Source of the DNA: an uncultured virus (IMG/VR IMGVR_UViG_3300028840_007214)
Lineage: Duplodnaviria > Heunggongvirae > Uroviricota > Caudoviricetes
DNA length: 64,000 bases
Reading direction: 5' to 3' (one strand)
Virus record (IMG/VR): IMGVR_UViG_3300028840_007214
Shown here one piece after another: positions 60,972 through 64,000 of the stretch. Within the stretch, counting starts at the first letter, position 1. Each line of letters begins with the position of its first letter. A program made the translations under genes and the position numbers. The notes under the pieces were generated by a model. The model was not told the DNA's origin and searched no databases. It saw only the letters and a list, made by a program, of their open reading frames with translations.

Positions 60972-61580
60972 ATGACGGTCAGTATTCAGGGTGCTGATTA
61001 CGGGCTTAGAATCCTGTACATCGGCCACCGGAACACCCTCGGCTTCTTGGACGCGAATGGCTTTTCTAAAGTCAATTTCGTGGCTGGGACTACAATCAAC
61101 TCCACTCTTTCGACCTCAACTCCCAAGGGCGTGCTCGCGGGTAGTGTTGCGGTTGTGAAGGGTTCGGATTTGATTGGAAATCCCACTCCGGCAGCTTCAC
61201 CGGAGCCAGCTGAGCAGCCGCTGGGATTGTTCATCAACGACGCAGCTGGATACGCATTCCAGTCCACATCAGCTGCGGCATCAGGCAGGGCGCCTTACGT
61301 GGACAGCATGGGTACACATGAGGTAAGGTACTACGAGACCAACGAGCGGGATCAGTACGGTGTGCACACGGCTACGTTGCTCACTTACACCGCAGGCGAT
61401 CCGCTGTATTGTGACAGCAGATCGGGTCTTTTGACAAACGTAGCACCAGATGATCTTTCAACGGCGCCTCCTACGGTGACCAATGGGATCATTGCAGTGG
61501 CTTGGAATTGTCCGATCGCGATTCTGACTCGGCCGCCAACCACAGCTGACACCTCGATGAGAATCGCTTTAAGAGTCTAA
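60972..61580 (+). CDS. Head decoration/cement protein (putative)
   Basis: RBS ggagg; PLGLFINDA.G..F, YET, YTAGD.LY...GLLTN; directly upstream of the capsid gene. Confidence 0.65.
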   Translation: MTVSIQGADYGLRILYIGHRNTLGFLDANGFSKVNFVAGTTINSTLSTSTPKGVLAGSVAVVKGSDLIGNPTPAASPEPAEQPLGLFINDAAGYAFQSTSAAASGRAPYVDSMGTHEVRYYETNERDQYGVHTATLLTYTAGDPLYCDSRSGLLTNVAPDDLSTAPPTVTNGIIAVAWNCPIAILTRPPTTADTSMRIALRV

Positions 61581-61591
61581 GGAGGACTAAA

Positions 61592-62479
61592 ATGAGTGAT
61601 CAAGGCCATGGTGAAGTCCTCAGCAATGAGGCTAAAAGCCAGATCATCGGGGACCTGATCAAGACCGCCGCAGGGCGGCAGAAGTTGGCAGCCTCGATGA
61701 TTCAGCCGCTGAGAGCTCGTCGTGACTACACGAGCATCGGCAGAAAGACCTTCCTGGTTGAGCAGTTGCCTGATGGCGCACTGCCCATCTATGACAGAGA
61801 CCCGGATGCGGTCGCTTATGTCATTGGTGAGGAAGGTGAAAACGTGCTGGCTATTCAGAAGCCGCGCAGAGTCATCTTTCCGCTCTTCGAGATCGCGTCG
61901 AATCCTGAGATTCCGCTCACACAGGTGAAGGAAAGACGGTACGACCTGATCGAAAGAGCACAGGACCTGGCGAAGAGTGAAGTCCAGGCGGAAGAAGACA
62001 CGAGAGTCTTCGCAGTAATGGACGCCATCCAGGCGGTCGGCTTTGGCGGTCTTCCGCCCAATCCTGACATCCCGGTGGCAGCTCCTATCACAGGTGATGT
62101 ACTCGCCGACGCATTTGCGACGATTGAGCGTCATGACCTGAGAGTTGCGAGACTGTTCTTCAACGCCAAGGACTACACCGACGTGAGGAAGTTTGGCCGT
62201 GATATCCTTGATATCGAGAGCCAGGCAACCTTACTGAAGACAGGCCTGATGGCGAACCTTTGGGGCGCACAGCTGATGGTCAGCAGAATCGTGCCCGTGG
62301 GTAAGGTATATGTTTGTGCCGAACCTGAGTTCTTCGGCCGCATTCCGGTGCGTACGGAACTCACAGTGCTCAGTGCAGACGATCCGAAGGCCCGCACGAT
62401 TGGGTTCAGCATCTTTGAGAACCTGGGCATTGGTGCTTACAACCCGTTCGCTCTCACAAGGCTCGACGTCAGCAGGTAG
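61592..62479 (+). CDS. Major capsid protein (HK97 fold)
   Basis: RBS aaggagg; GRQKLAASM..P.R...DY..IGRK, FEIASNP, QAEED, ...LWGA....SRIVP.G; followed by a strong terminator; C-ending codon bias. Confidence 0.88.
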   Translation: MSDQGHGEVLSNEAKSQIIGDLIKTAAGRQKLAASMIQPLRARRDYTSIGRKTFLVEQLPDGALPIYDRDPDAVAYVIGEEGENVLAIQKPRRVIFPLFEIASNPEIPLTQVKERRYDLIERAQDLAKSEVQAEEDTRVFAVMDAIQAVGFGGLPPNPDIPVAAPITGDVLADAFATIERHDLRVARLFFNAKDYTDVRKFGRDILDIESQATLLKTGLMANLWGAQLMVSRIVPVGKVYVCAEPEFFGRIPVRTELTVLSADDPKARTIGFSIFENLGIGAYNPFALTRLDVSR

Positions 62480-62501
62480 TCAAGCCTAAAGCAGGCAAAC
62501 T

Positions 62502-62535
62502 AAGAAGACCGCTTTAATCGGCGGTCTTCTTTTTT
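62502..62535 (+). terminator. Rho-independent terminator after the major capsid gene
   Basis: AAGAAGACCGC-tttaatcg-GCGGTCTTCTT followed by TTTT. Confidence 0.92.
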
Positions 62536-62600
62536 GGTTATATATTCAGGTAGCAATTCATTCGAGTATTGTAAAATATGTAGGCTTTCCGAACAGATGA

Positions 62601-63107
62601 ATGAACCTGCATTCAAGATTTAGAGTACGCAAGCAACCTAATCTTCGCGATTGGCGTAAGTTTTTAAATAAGCAAAAGTACTCTGAGTGCCAACTTGTTA
62701 CCGCTATTAATGCTCGTTATTGGTTAACCGGAAAAATTCTTGGTCAAGATACTCAACACTATGAAAAGTTAGTTGATCTAGTAGGTGCTCGTCATGGTGC
62801 TGCAATAAGTGTTCACCGAGCTTGGAAGCGTTTTGGTATTGATGTTGCTCAAGAATATAATTACGTTTTTGGCATTGAAGCAGATATGCTTCCTCTTGAG
62901 TTAACTGTTTGGCATAAAGCTTATGGCTATCATTCTGTGCTTATAATTGATCGAGAAGCTAGATCTGGAGCTGTTCGTATTGCAAATTTTAGTAAAGCAA
63001 CAAGTATGTATGGTTGGATCTTTTGGGAAGATCTTCAGCATTTCTTGCAAAAATCTCTAGGCCGCCGAAGTTGGCGTGCCCGAAAGTTCAAATTAGTAAA
63101 AGGATAA
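62601..63107 (+). CDS. Possible papain-fold (C39-like) cysteine peptidase
   Basis: Q....C at a helix start (QKYSECQL), later HSVLI...RIAN: a Cys-His-Asn pattern. Confidence 0.45.
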   Translation: MNLHSRFRVRKQPNLRDWRKFLNKQKYSECQLVTAINARYWLTGKILGQDTQHYEKLVDLVGARHGAAISVHRAWKRFGIDVAQEYNYVFGIEADMLPLELTVWHKAYGYHSVLIIDREARSGAVRIANFSKATSMYGWIFWEDLQHFLQKSLGRRSWRARKFKLVKG

Positions 63108-63110
63108 GCT

Positions 63111-63422
63111 ATGCAGGAAAACATATGCCCTTATCCGCATGGTGGATTTTTGGAAGGTCCACACCCATGCAGAAAGTGTGGCAAAGAGTTCATTCCAAAT
63201 TGTTTTCCGCATTATGGTCTTTGTGAAGAATGTTTACCTTCAACTGAGCCTTCACCTTGTCCAAGATGCAAAAGCACTAATATTGAAAATTACATAGATG
63301 TTAGTACCTGTTTTTGTCGATGTCTTGACTGTGGCGTGAGTACTCTTAAGTTCTATTATACCCATACAAGTCAGGGAGTATATGCGTGGAACAGAGGAGA
63401 AGTTTATAAAAAACCAACGTAA
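63111..63422 (+). CDS. Zn-ribbon protein with a Lar-like (restriction alleviation) C-terminus
   Basis: PCPRCKS...CLDCG...AWNR, plus an N-terminal CRKC...CEEC. Confidence 0.55.
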   Translation: MQENICPYPHGGFLEGPHPCRKCGKEFIPNCFPHYGLCEECLPSTEPSPCPRCKSTNIENYIDVSTCFCRCLDCGVSTLKFYYTHTSQGVYAWNRGEVYKKPT

Positions 63423-63450
63423 GTTAGTAGAAAGTGAAAAAAGAGAGAGA

Positions 63451-63621
63451 ATGGCAGCTCCTTATAAAACAGTTGATAAGATCATTGCAATCATAAAGAA
63501 CCATGTTCCGAAAGAAAACATTCCGCACCTTTTAGCAGATCTTGCACAAACTCTCACCGAATCTAAAAATCAATCGTATAATGAGACAATATCTCGTATA
63601 ATAAGACGCTTTAGTGAGTAA
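63451..63621 (+). CDS. Small hypothetical protein
   Basis: ATG at 63451 within ORF 63382..63621. Confidence 0.45.
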   Translation: MAAPYKTVDKIIAIIKNHVPKENIPHLLADLAQTLTESKNQSYNETISRIIRRFSE

Positions 63622-63626
63622 GCATA

Positions 63627-63905
63627 ATGGTTAGAATCCATTGGCCCGAACCTGGTTGGCCTCCTGAGAAACATGAGTGTATGTGTGATGAGCGCGATTA
63701 CCAAATCATTGAGAATGGGAAGCAATATTACCTCCCTCAAGGTTTCCCATGTCAAAATACAGCAACCCACTGCTTAATTAGCAAGAATACCTATACCTTT
63801 TACTGTGAAAGGCATGCGGCGCAAATCTCAGAAGATGCGGGAGAACTTGTAGAATTACCCGATTCAACTTTTAGAGTGGAGAAGGATGATCAAAAAGAAC
63901 ATTAA
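63627..63905 (+). CDS. Small Cys/His hypothetical protein
   Basis: CMC...CQN.A.H...YCERH. Confidence 0.5.
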   Translation: MVRIHWPEPGWPPEKHECMCDERDYQIIENGKQYYLPQGFPCQNTATHCLISKNTYTFYCERHAAQISEDAGELVELPDSTFRVEKDDQKEH

Positions 63906-64000
63906 TCCAGATGCTTATATGTCACGACCAATTGAGAATCTTGTCTTTTGGTGTGCGAAGCTTGTTGAGAGAATTACTAAAGCGTCTGAGATGTTAGAAG
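63886..64000 (+). CDS. Hypothetical protein, 3'-truncated by the window edge
   Basis: RBS ggag, then MIKKNINPDAYMSRP..., open to the end of the window. Confidence 0.4.
   Translation, partial: MIKKNINPDAYMSRPIENLVFWCAKLVERITKASEMLE

Noticed and set aside
59228..62430. Minus-strand ORFs over the protease, scaffold and capsid genes
   Set aside because: Antisense shadows caused by acidic repeats and C-ending codon bias, with no recognisable motifs.
61592..62479. Encapsulin nanocompartment shell
   Set aside because: Terminase, portal, protease and scaffold genes upstream indicate a true phage capsid.

Overview
This window is part of a large (jumbo-type) tailed dsDNA phage genome. Essentially every credible gene is on the + strand and read with the standard code. 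In order: (1) 1-9.6 kb, a virion fibre module: the 3' part of a very long Gly-X-Thr collagen-like protein, paralogous fibre/beta-sandwich proteins and a permuted papain-like hydrolase. (2) 9.6-15 kb, small accessory ORFs, including a possible RuvC-less TnpB-like protein overlapping a three-hairpin element, a stand-alone PolX 8-kDa domain and a possible HTH/RNAP alpha-CTD-like protein. (3) 15-35 kb, replication/recombination genes: HolB, HolA, family-4 UDG, NAD-dependent ligase, RecD2, two HU/IHF proteins, gp32-like SSB, RuvC-like resolvase, RecA, class II RNR, split SbcC plus SbcD, PD-(D/E)XK nuclease, TOPRIM primase. (4) 35-40.9 kb, a 7-deazaguanine DNA-modification operon (QueD, QueE, FolE2, QueC, DpdA-like) with three extra embedded enzymes (HAD, SDR, second radical SAM); its QueD carries a tail that matches the RNR C-terminal Cys domain. 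(5) 40.9-45.7 kb, DnaN, DnaX, a NusG paralog, a 5'-3' exonuclease and a double sigma-4-HTH regulator. (6) 45.7-62.5 kb, head morphogenesis (TerL, portal, prohead protease, scaffold, decoration protein, major capsid) with an inserted glycosyltransferase and four copies of a putative late-promoter motif, AATAATCYWYTAATA. (7) Small ORFs to the window end. I saw no tRNA, rRNA or CRISPR array. All protein calls are motif recognition by eye; no database searches were run.
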